From Azolla caroliniana (Eukaryota > Plantae > Polypodiophyta), in NCBI GenBank assembly GCA_043228905.1, contig JBHGNT010000018.1:2108001-2172000 (forward strand): a stretch of DNA of 64,000 bases. Direction: 5' to 3'. Below are positions 23,743 to 37,700 of this stretch, piece by piece. Within the stretch, counting starts at the first letter, position 1. Every line of letters starts with the position of its first letter. The position numbers were made by a program, and so were the translations under genes. Under the pieces are notes generated by a model. It saw nothing but the letters and a program-made list of their open reading frames with translations, was not told the origin of the DNA and ran no database searches.

Positions 23743-25445
23743 CATAAAACTCTATTCTAAAACAATAATCCTCTGTGTATATAGAATGTGCTCAAAGAGC
23801 ACTTTTATACAAGTCCATAAAGGACTAACAGAAGTACTAACAGGTACTTCAATGCTCATACCAGCGACTATCACTAACTCCCAAAAATATGCCTACGTAC
23901 TAGGCTAGATCCGTAGGCCTCTAGCGGCCTACCGGTTTCAATCCGATCCGGCTCCTGGTTCCGGATATCATCCAGACACCGATCTGGTTCTCCGTTCCGA
24001 ATACCGATCCGGCTTTGGCTTATTCAGCCAATTCGGATACGGTTGAGCTTGCTCGCTCAACACAATCTTCCTCGGATCCCGTAACATTGGTTCTTGCTTT
24101 ACTCTTTTGAGCCGATCTATGCTATCAACCGGCAATGGTTCCGCTACAGGTCGAACTTTTAGATCCACTGTCTTATATTTTGTATGGACATGAGCAACCA
24201 TATCCATCCAATTCAGAAATGTTGCAATTTCAGCATACATATCCACTGAATTGGTCGGAATAAAAAATGACTAACCTTCATTCACATACAAAGAGTTTTC
24301 GAGCTCCCCAATGGTATCCACAAAGGAAAATTCCTCCATAATTCCTGACACCTGCTCATCTGGTTCCAAAATCCATACTTAAGAAACATCACCCAAATGT
24401 CTTCCACATTTCCTTGCCTTTTACAACTTAAATCATCAACAAAAGAAAAGAAGAAAATGAGATCACTCTGGTATAAGCAACATAACCTTTATTATTTTTG
24501 GAAAAATTATTCTCATACAGGGACTTTTGTTGTCCTAGACTATTATAGCCCTATTTTACAATAGTCCTATCTAAAAATTTTGATTAGAGGATACATGTAA
24601 ACTATCCTTACTTCTTTCATGATTAGGTCAAACTATCTGAAACTGTATTGTCCCTCCACCATCCATATCTTTGATTCGAGCATAGGCCGATCCATCATCC
24701 AACACCTTTGTCTCCATACGGACAACAAGCATGAAGGGTTGACCCAATATAATTGGATATGTGGCTGAATCTTGAATAAAGAAATGTTGAAGCACAATAA
24801 CACCACCAATTGATACCACCACATCTGGGCAAGCTCCCGATAACTCCTCTAATGACTATGTTGTTGCTTCAATCCTCCAATGATGATCAGAAGTCATTGG
24901 CCACCCTCCTCGCTTGTAAACCTCTGAGGACATGAGGTTTATCTCTAAGCCACTATCAATCAAAGCCATGACTGTATCCGATAAACCACCAAGTCACACT
25001 TTTGTTTCTATAGTTGCCCGAGCCCATTGATTCCGAGTAAAGTGGCTATTCGGAATATTATCTTCATGCTTCAACACTTGTGTAGATCCTTCTTTCCATC
25101 CAGCCTCCTTTGCATACATTGTTGTATCAACCGGAATTCGCTTCCTTCGAACCTTCTCTAGTAAATCATCGTGTACGTCCTTTTTGTAGACCACCAACAA
25201 GTCTCCTAATGGAACCAAGATATATTGCTTTAGAACATAATTTTCAATGAAAGAGAAAGCATCTACCTCTTGTTCCAATTCAGTCCACGTCTGGAATGTT
25301 GGAGATTACTTCTTGGATGCATGTACAGGTTTTGGTTCAACCCTTTGTATCTCCAAATTTTGCGTTTCGGATGGAGGTAGAAAATCAATCCTCTTCAGAA
25401 CTCGTTCACGACCCAACTCTTCCTCTGTTCTCCTCTTCTCTTCTA

Positions 25446-25985
25446 CCATCACATCATAATCTGTGGGAATGGTTGGATCACTCCAACCAGTACTTAGACA
25501 ACCATCTTCAATACGAACAGTCTGAATAGTTGGATGTTGCTTTGGCATTTCAATTAGTCGAATAGCAACCGAAGTAGAATGGAAAATTGCTTGTGCATTC
25601 GAAGCTCTTCTTCCTCCAAGAGCTTTTTCATTCCTCCTCGCCCAAAATTTATTTGCAGTGGTTGGCGAGTCATAGATGAGTGGATCAACCAATCCTTGTA
25701 GAATATGAGGTTCTTCCATCACATCATAATCTGTGGGAATGGTTGGATCACTCCAGCCAGTCCTTAGACAACCACCTTCAATACGAACATTCTAAATAGT
25801 TGGATCTTGCTTTGGCATTTCAATTAGTCGAATAGCAACCGAAGTATAATGGAAAATTGCTTGTGCATGTCGAAGCTCTTCTTCCTCCAAGAGGTTTTTC
25901 ATTCCTCCTCGCCCAAAAATTTTCTTCAGTGGTTCAGGAGTCACAAATGAGTGGATCAACCGATCCTTGTAGAATATGAGGTTCT
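25446..25985 (+). repeat. Tandem duplication, 2 x 270 bp, in Gypsy gag
   Basis: CCATCACATCATAATCTGTGGG starts at 25446 and again at 25716. Confidence 0.85.
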
Positions 25986-26926
25986 TCTGCATAGCCTCTT
26001 GATGCTCCACACACTCCGATCTTCGATGCTCCAAACTGTCACACCATAAGCATAAAAAATCCCTACTCAGAAGAGTTCATTGCACTTGTGGCTGATGTTG
26101 CAACTTCGACATGGAAGAAATCTTCCACTCCATGAATTGTTTCACCAGCCTCTACGTCCCTTGGTTTTGTTTTCTCTATAGATGCCTCGATCCTTGTTCA
26201 TGTCCTTAAAGAGGAGGTCGGAGTAACATTTCCAGGTCCCTTCAAGCCTAGCCATGTCCGTCTTTTCTCATATCGAAGGCAGATGGACCGAATTCGGCTC
26301 CAGTCCTCCTCTAAACCTGTTTCGGATTCACCTTATTCCATCAGTTTCCCTAGCTCTACCCTATCTGCATAGGAAACCGAGCGAAGGAAGAGAACAACCT
26401 TCTCTGGTTAAAGCAAAGTTTGCTCCAAAACTTAGTGTTGTCAGAACTTTGCTTCAAAATTAGTAAGGGTCTCTAGAACTGACCCATGCTACTCCTCCGA
26501 CTCCACCCAAGCTTCAAATGTTCGTCGGGTCATCTTGGTGGAATCAACATAATTGAAAACACCAAGCAGATCACAACGGAATTCCTCCCAATCAACATCT
26601 TGCGTTTGAAGCTCTTCTATGATAGGAAGAATATCGGCAGCTACCACACGATGAAAGTTGGATTTCTTTAAATCAGCGAAAATATTGCAATGTAACATCT
26701 CCGCGTCAAACACCTGCAAAAATCGGGTCACATCCTTTCTAGTGAATGGACCTAACTTCTCTAATACCCCATCCACAGCTCGATCTAGGTTTAGACTCAT
26801 CTCCCTCCATGTGAGAAAGGTTGGGAGACAGGTCCCTCCGGATGGGAAGGGAGAAGAAGAGTGCTGATGAACATACTCGGTTGAGGCCAATAGGCCGAGG
26901 CCGATAGGCCGAGGCCGAAACCATAT

Positions 26927-27142
26927 GAGGAGTACCCGGCTACGGAGAGCCGGATGGTGCAGACCCGGTGAGAACCGGATGAGGAGTACCCAGCTACGGA
27001 GAGCCGAATGGTGCAAATCCGGTGAGAACCGGATGAGGAGTACCCGGCTACGGAGAGCCGGATGGCGTAGACCCGGTGAGAACCGGATAAGGAGTACCCG
27101 GCTACGGAGAGCCGGATGGTGCATACCCGGTGAGAACCGGAT
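26927..27142 (+). repeat. 54-bp tandem repeat x4 in U3 of the 5' LTR
   Basis: Unit GAGGAGTACCCGGCTACGGAGAGCCGGATGGTGCAGACCCGGTGAGAACCGGAT at 26927, 26981, 27035, 27089. Confidence 0.92.
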
Positions 27143-27681
27143 GACGAGTGCCCGGCAAGATCCGGATGATGCAGGCCCGGTGAGGAGCGCTCTCCGGATG
27201 AAGAGACATATTCGTAAATATGTTTCTGAGAGTCCATCGTGGCTATATTTGTAAATAGCCGAAAAGTCATATTAGTATAAATATGACTTAGGGCAAACTT
27301 TTGTGAGTGTTGTTGTTATTCTTGTCTACGCGAGATCAGAGCGCATAACTGTGTACATAGAGAGAGAGAGAGAGAGGAAGAGGTCGTTGCCTCAGTTGTA
27401 ACCGCCGCCTGTGGTGAAGATCGTGAGCACGAGGTCGTTGCCTCCGTGAACTCACTGTTGTACATTCTAACATAGTGATAGTTTGCATCCCGTGGGCTGC
27501 CGTGGTTTTTCCCTTAGTTTGGGTTTTCCACGTAAACATCCTGTGTACTCTTCTCTTCTTCGTGTCATGCATTCATTACCCGTTTTTCTGTGTATGATTC
27601 TAAGCTCGGTTGTGGTCGAGCGTTGTGCATACGGAGCGTTTAGTTCCCGTCAAGTGGTATCAAAGCGAAACGACACAGAAA

Positions 27682-30600
27682 ATGGACGATTCGTTGGGAG
27701 GCATGTTCAAGCTCACCGGCTCCAACTATTCGGTGTGGAAGTCGAAGATGAGGGACATGCTCGTGGTTAAAGACCTCTGGCTGCCGGTTCAGTTCGTGGA
27801 CAAGAGACCGGACAAAATCAACGCCGCAATATGGGAGGTGATGCACATGAAGACAACGGCGTACATACGGTGCTTCATCGACATGAGCCTGTACAACAAC
27901 TTCAATGAAGAGAGCAAGGCTCATGAGCTCTGGGAGAAGATCGGCATTATGTTCCGAAACAAAAATGTTGTCAATCAGGTTTCGATATTCTGAAAGCTAG
28001 TAAGACTCCGGTACCAAGATGGCTCCAGCATGGCGGAGCACATGAATGCCTTCCAGGGGTTGATCCACCAGGCAACATCATTGGAAGTACCTCTCGCCGA
28101 TGAGGTACTAGCGCTACTCCTGCTCGGTTCCCTCTCGGATAGCTGGGAGACGTTGGTTGTCACTTTGGGCAACACCGGGCCGGAAGGGAAACGGTTATCC
28201 CTAGCAAGAGTAAAGTCGAGCTTGCTAGATGAGGAGGCGCGTCGGAAAGATAAAGATACGAGCTCCGACTCCAAAGCGCTCCTTACCGAATCGGAACGCG
28301 GAAGACAAAGAAACCGTAGTCCCCAGAACTAGGAAAAGTCGGGGACACGGTCAAAGTCAAGGGGGAGACCTACTTGCTTCTATTGCGGCAAGCTGGGACA
28401 CTTCTAGAAGAACTGTCGGCATTTCCGAAAGGACAAGGAAACCGACGGTACCGATTCGAAGTGGATACCGGACCAGAACGGTAAAGACCGGAGGGGAACG
28501 GACCGGAAGGGGACGACGGCAATCGCGGCAAGTGAAGAAGAGTTCATGTTCATCACCGAGGAGAGTGAGATAAACCTTGCCGGCGACGAGATGACCTGGG
28601 TGGTCGACTCCGGAGCATCGTTCCACCTTACCTCGGACCGGAAATGCTTCTCATCCTACTCAGCCGGTGATCACGGCTGTGTCCGGATGGGGAATGAAGG
28701 AACATGCCGAATTGTCGGCATAGGAGACATGTGGTTGTCAACACCAACCGGTTGCAAGATGTTGTTGAAGCATGTCCGACACGTTCCGGAGGTTCTTCTG
28801 AACCTGATATCAGCCGGTCAGCTAGACGATGAAGGCTACATGGGTAGCATCCAGAACGGTGTTATGAAGTTCAGCAAAGGGAGCCTGATTGTGGCTCGGG
28901 CCTGGAAGGTAAACACGTTGTACTTGATGAATGCCCGGTTATGTCCGGAGGAAGTGAACGTGGCATCTGACACTACCGGTGAGCTGTGGCACAAGAGGTT
29001 GTGTCACATGAGCGAGAAGGGGATGAAGAGGCTTGCAGACGACAACCTCATTCCAGTGAAGAACGTGCACTTGGAGAAGTGCACTGATTGTCTGGCCGGT
29101 AAGCAAAACCGGACCTCCTTCCGACCGAGGCGACCGATGAGACGTAATGCACCACTGGAGTTGGTGCATACTGATGTCTATCAAGTGGACACGAAGTCAC
29201 ATGCAGGATCGCAGTACTTCGTGACGTTCATAGATGACCACAGCCGGAAGCTGTGGGCCACACCGCTGAGGACGAAGGATCAGGTGTTATACGTCTTCAA
29301 AGAGCTCCACGCAAGAGTGGAAAGAGAAACCGGCCGGAAACTGAAGGCGGTTCGAGCAGATAACGGAGGTGAATACCGGGGGCAGTTCGAGGAGTACTAT
29401 CGCTCGAAGGGAATCCGGCTCAATTTTTACCGTGCCAAAGACACCGGAACTAAACGGGCTGGCCGAGAGGATGAACCGGACCATAATGGAGAGGGTCCGG
29501 AGTATGCTAGCACATGCAAAACTACCCAAGGAGTTTTGGGTTGAGGCACTGTCGACGGCGACATATGTGATAAACAGATCACCCTCAGTACCCTTGGAAG
29601 GAGACACACCACACAGAGTCTGGACCGGTAAGGAAGTATCCTACCGGCATCTGAAGGTATTCGGGTGTCTCGCGTACGTGCATATAGCTAAGGACCGGAG
29701 AGGAAAGTTGGATCCAAAGACCCGTCCATGCATATTCCTCGGTTACGGCGACGATGAGTTCGACTACCGAGTGTGGGACCTGGTCGACAAGAAGGTATTC
29801 CGGAGTCGAGATATTATCTTCATGGAGGACAAGACGCTCGCCGACTAGGAGTCGGAGAAGAAGATAATGAACTCCGAGTCGACCGGTAAGCATCGATTCT
29901 ACGATGAGCAGACCCAACCGGCAAGAGACCGGTTAGCACTCGAGGAACCAGCCGGTTACGGTGAGATACCGAATCAGTAGAAGAAGAAGTAGAGGAAGCT
30001 GAAACCGGAACCGGTCAAGACCCCGAATCGGATTCGGATAAAGAGAAAATAGAGGAGCCGGTTACCGAAGCCCAGAGACGGAGATATCCTCTCAGAGAGA
30101 GAAGGGCCCCCCAGAGATTTCCGGATGCAGAGCATGTGCTGTTAACCAATGAGGGGGAGCCAGAAAGCTTCGAAGAAGCGAAGGATGACACCCATAGCCG
30201 CAAATGGTTAAGTGCCATGTAGGATGAGATGGATTCCCTGCATGAGAACCATACGTACGAATTGGTGGAGTTGCCAAAAGGAAAGCGGGCACTCCGAAAC
30301 AAGTGGGTGTACAAGTTGAAACCGGGAGATGCCGGCAACCCCCCGAGATATAAAGCCAGGATCGTGGTGAAAGGGTTCCAATAGAAGAAGGGTGTAGACT
30401 TCGACGAGATATTTGCCCCGGTAGTAAAGACGGTGCTGAGTATAGCGGCAAGCATGGACCTCGAGGTAGAGCAGCTACACGTGAAGACGGCATTCCTTCA
30501 CGGCGACCTCGAAGAGGAGATCTACATGCAGCAACCAGAAGGATTCGTGGAGAAAGGGAAGGAGCACCTAGTCTGCCGGTTGAAGAAGAGCCTCTACGGG

Positions 30601-31713
30601 TTGAAGCAGGCCCCCCAGCAATGGTACCGGAAGTTCGATTCCTTCATGGCCGATCAAGGGTACCAGAAGACGCAAGCCGATCACTGCGTGTTTGTGAAGA
30701 AGTTCGAAGGAGGCGACTTCCTGATACTCCTTCTGTACGTGGATAACATGTTGATCGTCGGACGGGACCAAGTCAAAATACGGATGCTGAAGAAGGCTCT
30801 CAACCGGACCTTCTCAATGAAAGACTTGGGTCCGGCAAGACAGATGTTGGGGATGCATATTATCCGGAACCGGTCAGTGAAGCAATTATGGCTGTCACAG
30901 GAGAAGTACGTGACAAAGGTGCGTCACCAGTTCAACATGTCAGATGCGAAACCAGTCGGATCGTCACTTCCGGCAAACTGCAGGTTATCCGGTAAGCAAA
31001 GCCCGAAGACGAAAGCAGAGAAGGCGGATATGATGAAGATTCCATATGCTTGTGCCGTCGGGAGCTTGATGTACGCAATGGTGTGTACCCGACCGGATAT
31101 AGGATACGCAGTCGGAGTGGTGAGCCGGTTTATGAGCAATCTCTGCAAGGAGCACTGGAACACGGTCAAATGGATACTCCAGTATTTGAAGGGCACTTCA
31201 AATATGTATCTCCGATTCGGCTCCGGAAAACCTCAACTTGACGGTTTCACCGATTTGGACATGTCGGCTGATGTGGATACCAGTCGGTCTACATCCGGGT
31301 ATGTAATGACATATGCAGGGGGAGCTGTTTCATGGTAGTCGAGGCTGCAGAAGACGGTTGCATTGTCAACCACGGAGGCGGAGTACATGGCGGCTGTGGA
31401 AGCCGGCAAGGAAATATTATGGATGAAGGACTTCATCAGAGAGCTCGGTATCCGGCAAGATGAATACCGGCTCTACTGCGACAGTCAAAGTGCCATCCAC
31501 CTTGCTAAGAATGCGGCCTACCATTCCCGGATGAAGCATATCCAGCGAAGGTATCACTAGATCCGGGAAAGAGTAGATGACCAGGAGTTGGCACTGACGA
31601 ACATCCACACGGCCGAGAACGGGTCAGATATGCTGACCAAAGTGTTGATACCCGACAACCTGGATGCATGCCGGAAGAGGATCGGACTAGTAAGACACCC
31701 CATGCCGGAGTGA
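27682..31713 (+). pseudogene. Copia gag-pol polyprotein, disrupted by stops and frameshifts
   Basis: MDDSLGGMFKLTGSNYSVWK; WVVDSGASFH; VRADNGGEY; CIFLGY; KTAFLHGDLEEEIYM; TRPDIGYAVG; STTEAEYMA. Confidence 0.93.
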
Positions 31714-31817
31714 AGGGGGAGTTTTTTGGGAGACAGGTCCCACCGTATGGGAAGGGAGAAGAACAGTGCTGATGAACATACTCGGCTGAGGCCGATAGGC
31801 TGAGGCCGAAACCGTAT

Positions 31818-32087
31818 GAGGAGTACCCGGCTACGGAGAGCCGGATGGTGCAGACTCGGTGAGAACCGGATGAGGAGTACCCGGCTACGGAGAGCCGGAT
31901 GGTGCAGACCCGGTGAGAACCGGATGAGGAGTACCCGGCTACGGAGAGCCGGATGGTGCAGACCCGGTGAGAACCGGATGAGGAGTACCCGGCTACGGAG
32001 AGCCGGATGGCACAGACCTGGTGAGAACCGGATAAGGAGTACCCGGCTACGGAGAGCCGGATGGTGCATACCCGGTGAGAACCGGAT
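31818..32087 (+). repeat. 54-bp tandem repeat x5 in U3 of the 3' LTR
   Basis: Same unit at 31818, 31872, 31926, 31980, 32034. Confidence 0.92.
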
Positions 32088-33099
32088 GACGAGTGCCCGG
32101 CAAGATCCGGATGATGCAGGCCCGGTGAGGAGCGCTCTCCGGATGAAGAGACATATTCGTAAATATGTTTCTGAGAGTCCATCGTGGCTATATTTGTAAA
32201 TAGCCGAAAAGTCATATTAGTATAAATATGACTTAGGGCAAACTTTTGTGAGTGTTGTTATTTTGTCTGCACGAGATCAGAGCGCGTAACTGTGTACATA
32301 GAGAGAGAGAGAGAGAGGAAGAGGTCGTTGCCTCAGTTGTAACCACCGCCTATGGTGAAGATCGTGAGCACGAGGTTGTTGCCTCCGTGAACGCATTGTT
32401 GTACATTCTAACATAGTGATAGTTTGCATCCCGTGGGCTGCCGTGGTTTTTCCCTTAGTTTGGGTTTTCCACGTAAACATCCTGTGTACTCTTCTCTTCT
32501 TCGTGTCATGCATTCATTACCCATTTTTCTGTGTATGATTCTAAGCTCGGTTGTGGCCGAGCGTTGTGCGTACAGAGCATTTAGTTCCCGTCAAGAACAA
32601 CTTCTAGAATTGATTGAAGTTGTGTTGCATCCATGTTTGAAAGAGATAAAATCCCAAAGAACTCGCTCTCCATGTCGCCTGTTCACATCGGGTTCACCAC
32701 ATGTCGCGTCAAAGAAATTGGCGTGTCCAGGTGGAACCACTAGGGTTCTGAACCAGGAGAGTGAAAATAAGAAGAAGGAAGGGAAGAGTAGGAAATCGAA
32801 CCAAAAGTATCCCAATAGCCACGAGTAGCTTGTAGTCATACCCGTGAAGACAAAAATCCTTGTATCATTCCACTGATGTAATGAAATTTAGTGTGCAGAC
32901 ACAGATTGGAAAGCCCTCAGAAAGAGATTTCCAATGAGCTATAGAGCGTCAAAAAGGGACGTCTGAATTAAGAGTTATGAATAAAACACCATACACAACT
33001 ACCCCTCAAGCACGGAAGAAGAAAGAATGCCAAATTGAAAATCTCTATTTCTCGAGAAGAAAAAAACCTTTACAAAATATGTCTCTTTGAATGTTCTAG

Positions 33100-33860
33100 C
33101 TGGGGGAGATCGGGTGCGTCAACCCGACCATCGTTGAACCGATGGTGATCTTCACGGTACCGCATGTACCGTGGAGCCTCAAACCGATTCCAGTGTCGAG
33201 AGCTCACATCCCAAAGTTGATGGTTGACATACGGATTCTAGAGCCACCGAGTGCCCTATATTCGAATCAGTGGTTCACCGTGCCGAAGAAGAACGGCACA
33301 CTGCGTTTCATTCAGGACCTGCAACCATCAATAAGGTGACCATTCAAAATGTAGGAGTCGGTCTGACAATCGAGGAGTTCACGGAGGCCTTAGCCGGAAC
33401 GTCTATCTACTCAGTCTACGACTTATACTCTGGGTATGACCAGTTCCAAATGCTCACCTTCTCTAGAGAGAAATCAGCATTTCGACAATCGGAGATCCTG
33501 GTGGTCGACCGCCTATGTGGAGCATACGACCGAAAACCATCTCTAGCAAAGGTAGAGGCCATTTCAGCAATGAAAGGAGTATGCAGATCAACCACTGAGG
33601 TTCAACGGTTCTTAGGTGCACATTGCAAAGCCACTATATGGCATGTTGAGGTTCAAGTGGAGAGAACAACACTCGAAGGTTGTCTGGAGATTAAAGGGGA
33701 TGCTGACGACGGCACCAGCTCTCTAGAAAGCGGCGTACAAGAAGGACACTCCAATTTACGTGATGGTCGACACGAGTCCGACCAGCTTTACCGGCTGCTT
33801 CGTTCAAGACCCCAGCGGTCCCGCCCCAGATCCTACACGTGCTTGCGGATTTTCGCGACA
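33100..33860 (+). mobile_element. Heavily deleted Trp-group Gypsy remnant (pol pieces plus LTR 3' end)
   Basis: VIFTVPHVPW, WFTVPKKNGTLRFIQDLQP, DLYSGYDQF, DTSPT; LTR end ...TTCGCGACA at 33860 followed by ACGT. Confidence 0.8.
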
Positions 33861-33864
33861 ACGT

Positions 33865-34716
33865 TGTCATGGGGAATCCTGGCTACAAGGAGAAAAGGGA
33901 TCGGAGAGCGCGGGAACGGGGGTGTGCACGGATGCACACCAAATTGTCTTTATGTACAAACATGTGTAAATAACATAATATTAGTTGTGTGTTGAGGAAT
34001 ACAAGTTCGAAGGGATTTGATAGGTCATTTATGGTCACACGAATAGAGGAATAAAGGTAATTAACTGGAGGAGATCGAGGAGAGAAGTAGGGATTGAAAG
34101 CGGTTGTCTTAATAGCCTGATGTAACGGTCTCTCCCTCCTTGAGCTATAAAAGGAGGGAGGGAAGACTGGGAAGGGGATCCACAATTTGGAGAAGGAAAT
34201 CCTACAGGGCAGAGCTCTACATATTTCTGTTTTCCCATACGTTGTTTTGGTAGTTGTGATGTGAGCCCTCCGTTTCGCACTTGTAGCCCATGTGCTCTCG
34301 ATCGGATGCTCGCTAGTGTGTGTGTGTGTGTGTGTGGAGCTTGTGGATCTGTTGTCGACCGTGTCTGGTTGTAATCTTCTGTTTCCTCTGATTAATCATT
34401 AGTTTTTGCTAAGTCTTTGTTCGTGTTCAGATAACTCCGCGTTGTTTCTGTCTTTCGTGTGTTTGTCGTGTCCAGAGCTTGTGATCTCATCTCTGTTCCG
34501 TCTCCGTTTGAATGTGTATGATCGGTGTGAGAACCTATAAGCTCATTGTTCGTTGTCCGACACAGCTCCGGAACTGATAACGCGTGTTGAGCCCATGAGC
34601 TCACCGTCAAGCATCCGGAGGCCAATCCAGATAATTCTCTTCACTTACTAGTTCCTTGGACTAGGACCCCGGTGATCCCGCCTCGATCTGACACAACCAT
34701 GCGGAAATTCACGACA
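33865..34716 (+). mobile_element. Solo LTR (852 bp) of the Trp-group Gypsy
   Basis: TGTCATG...CACGACA termini; TATAAAA near 34146; ACGT on both sides. Confidence 0.82.
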
Positions 34717-34738
34717 ACGTTGTCGCGTAATTGCACGT

Positions 34739-37700
34739 TGTCGCGTTGTTACGCGCGTGCGTGGAGAAAGGCGGGACCACGGGGGTCTTGGACTAGGGAG
34801 CGACGGAGCGTAGGAAGTCGTGCTTCACGGCTTCTGGGGCATCTCAGAAACACACCGGAAGCAACCGAAGGGGGGAGAGAGAAGAGAGAGAGAGAGCGTG
34901 CTTAACACCGACTCACGCACACACACGCACACACGGCCCGACCCAACTCACGCCCTTATGTACAGGAAACGCAGGGAAGGAGTGGAGCACCCAACACCAA
35001 CAAGACGCCAATATACACAGACAGACGCAAACGTATATGTATATATATATAGAGAGAATACACTCCCAGCTTCGAGCCGGACCAAGATGGTTTACAACAG
35101 TCGTCTGTTGTCAAGCCGCCGTCGGGGAGCTCTCGGGCTCGTCGCGCCGAGCGGGGTCTTGCACAGGAGACAAGCTGCAGCCAACCCTAAACGAACACGA
35201 AGGGGAAGAAGAAGAAGCAGAAGAACCCTAACCCTAAACCTACCGGTATACCCTCTAATCCAAAATGGGCAACCCCCACAATGGTGCCTTCTCTCTCCTT
35301 TTATAGCACAAGGAGGGAAGACCGCTTACAAAAGGTGAGACTAAAATATCCCCTTTCATTCAAAGGGGATATTTGCCTTGATTTGGGGGAGGGTGAGATT
35401 GATGGCCCCTTAACTCCCACCTCCTCAAAAACAACTAGGTACCTATGTACCGCATAGTACCTCTCTTCTCTCTCTCGCGCGCGTGGATGTGCGTACAACC
35501 ACATCACCTTTATACCTTTATTACTATTACAAATACATTATGTACGTGTGCAACGTTGCACATTGCTCTTTGGCTCTCGTTGCTCGGGTTTCCGCTTGTG
35601 GACGAAAATCTTCACAACATCCGCCCCCACCTAACCGCACATCCTCCGGTATGTGCCAAAACATAGGGGAGAGAACACGAGATTTTCGGCCACGACGACC
35701 GACCAAGTCCTTAGCGTCCTCGTGGGCCCGCCCAGCTTTGTCTTCCACTTCGAGCAAGACCACCCGCCGCCTTCCGGCCCACCATCCTCGCCGAATGGTC
35801 TCGAACCGTCGGCGCCATCCGATCCGCCACACTCGACGATGTTCGCCGAGTCGTTGCCTCCACCCGATCCGCCACGTCCACCGTGGGTCCTTGAACCACC
35901 GACTACATCCGACCCGCCGTATCCGATGCCCGTGCTTTCCTCCCCGTTCGGTCCTCCCGAACGCCGTCGCCGACCCAGTTGCTCTTCCTTTGTCTGCCTC
36001 GTATATCCTCCGGATGCGCTCCCGGTCGCATGCCGGATTCTGCCCTTTGCGTGCCGCACACCTCGGCATGCCGACTCTCTCCGCTCCGCGCTTGCCTTCC
36101 GTAGGGTTTCCCCGTATGTCGATGTTGCCCTCCGAACGCGTGCTCGTGCTTCGGTCCTTCGATGACCCGATCACGCGTTTTTCGCTTTCCCCTTTTTCGC
36201 CGTGCTCTCTCGTAGTAGAGCGTATCGTCATCCCGACCTCCGTGTCGGTGTCCCTCGAGGCTCTCGTTATCGCCTCGCCTCGATTTGCGCCCTCTTGGCC
36301 CGCTTGGCCTTGTATGCCCTCCGGGAAGCCGCCGCGCTTTCTCTTCCCGGTGTGTACCCCGTTGTTCTCCGCGCATCTCCTCCGTTTTCCTAGATACGAC
36401 TCTCCGCTCATGCCGATCGCGCTCGGCCCATGTCGTCGATCTTGGTGTTTCGCCGCGCCGTCCTTCGTCCCGCGCTTGCCTCTCGAAGGCTTGACCCGAC
36501 CGTCATCGTCGGTCAATCGTTGTCGCCCATCCGCCGTATGCATGCTTGTGTCTTGGCCCTCCACCGGCCGTATTGCATGCGTCTCGTGTCGTGCTTTCGC
36601 CGTAGACCCGACCTCCGCGTCGGTCTCCAACTTCTCGCCGCCACCCACCGCTTCTTCGTTCTCCTTTCGATCCGTGACCGCCGATGCCTCACGGGTAGGT
36701 GTGGAGGGTTCCTCCCACTCTTGGTTCACCACCAAGTCTTCGCCTCTCAAAGGCTCAATCGGTCCACCGTTTCCGGTCACTCGTTGACGCTCTCTCGGAT
36801 GCATGCTCGTTCTTGGGCCCTTCACCGACCGTAGTGCATGCTTCGTGTTACGCCCTTCATCCGCCGTAGACCCGACCTCCGCGTCGGCCACTTCTTCCTT
36901 TGTCACCGTAGCCCGTTCCGACCCGAGCTCGCCATCTTGGACCCGCTCGTCCATCATCTCATACCGGATACCCGCTCCGATAACTTTGTCCGCTTCGGTC
37001 TCCGACTCCTCGCCGCCACCCACCGTCTCTTCGGTCTCACGTTGATCCGCAACCGCCGAAGTCTCTAGAATGGGTGTGGAAGGTCCCTCTCGCTCTCGAT
37101 CTTCTAGCAAGTCGTGATCACCGTGCCCACTAGGCCTCCTTCTTGCTCTCACCGGCTCCCACCGTAACCGTACCCGGCCGGCTACAAATCGATCAAACAA
37201 TCCCGGTCTTGCCGGCTTCCTTCGGTTCGTGCCCGGTTGACCGGCCCCCGCTTCACTCTTCTTCCGCTCCACCTCCCGATCGGGTCGGATTACTAACCGG
37301 CTCATCTTTCGGTCGGGTCGGTTCCCGACTCGCTCCTCAATACCGCTCCGGACCTCTCCTTCGGTCTTTTCGCACGTGCCCACTCCGGGCCTCTCATCCT
37401 CACGGCCACCGCCCATCTCCCCGGTCTTATGTCCGCGCTCGGGCGCAACCGCCGAAGTCTCCGGCCCCGGTGTCGAGGGATCTCGCCTCCGTCCGCTACA
37501 AACCTCCTCTTCGTCATTTCAGTTGCCCGCCTTGCCACCGCCACCGTCCGTCTCTCTAGGTCTCACACCGGCTCTCGGGCCGGTTGCGGAGTCTCTAGGA
37601 CCACCGCCGCTCATCTCCTCTTCTTCCTCGATTTCGCAAGCCTCAAGTATGCTCGCGAAATCCTCGTAGAACGTTTCGGGCAACTGCGTCCCGAAACTTT

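Larger units (their letters stand above)
10695..24062 (-). mobile_element. Ty1/Copia element, family B, 3'-truncated and interrupted by 11288-22021
   Basis: 5' LTR 23609-24062 (TGTTGAG...TTTTCA on minus); perfect PBS TGGTATCAGAGC 23597-23608; gag KLDRSNYTSWSYKM; protease WYVDSGASNHMT; integrase continues at 11287-10695 (FYWAEVVQTTVYIQNR, LRIFGSIAYV). Confidence 0.9.
26819..32593 (+). mobile_element. Full-length Ty1/Copia element (Tork/Tto1-like), copy A2
   Basis: LTRs 26819-27652 and 31724-32593; PBS TGGTATCAAAGC 27655-27666; PPT about 31708-31721; TSD AGAAA / AGAAC. Confidence 0.93.
24063..33100 (-). mobile_element. Older Trp-primed Gypsy remnant, host of Copia A2 and Copia B
   Basis: Truncated 5' LTR about 32702-33100; PBS 32682-32699; gag starts 32673 and resumes near 26813 (LGPFTRKDVTRFL); protease ALIDSGLEINLMS near 24930-24968; TKYKTVDLKVRPVA near 24160. 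Confidence 0.8.

Noticed and set aside
26927-27142. 54-bp repeats as a CRISPR array or a repeat protein (ORFs 26925-27254, 31816-32199)
   Set aside because: Units are contiguous with no unique spacers and lie in LTR U3; the ORFs arise because 54 is a multiple of 3.
35483-36787. 434-aa plus-strand ORF and similar overlapping ORFs
   Set aside because: Antisense shadows in GC-rich repetitive sequence, with no domain motifs.
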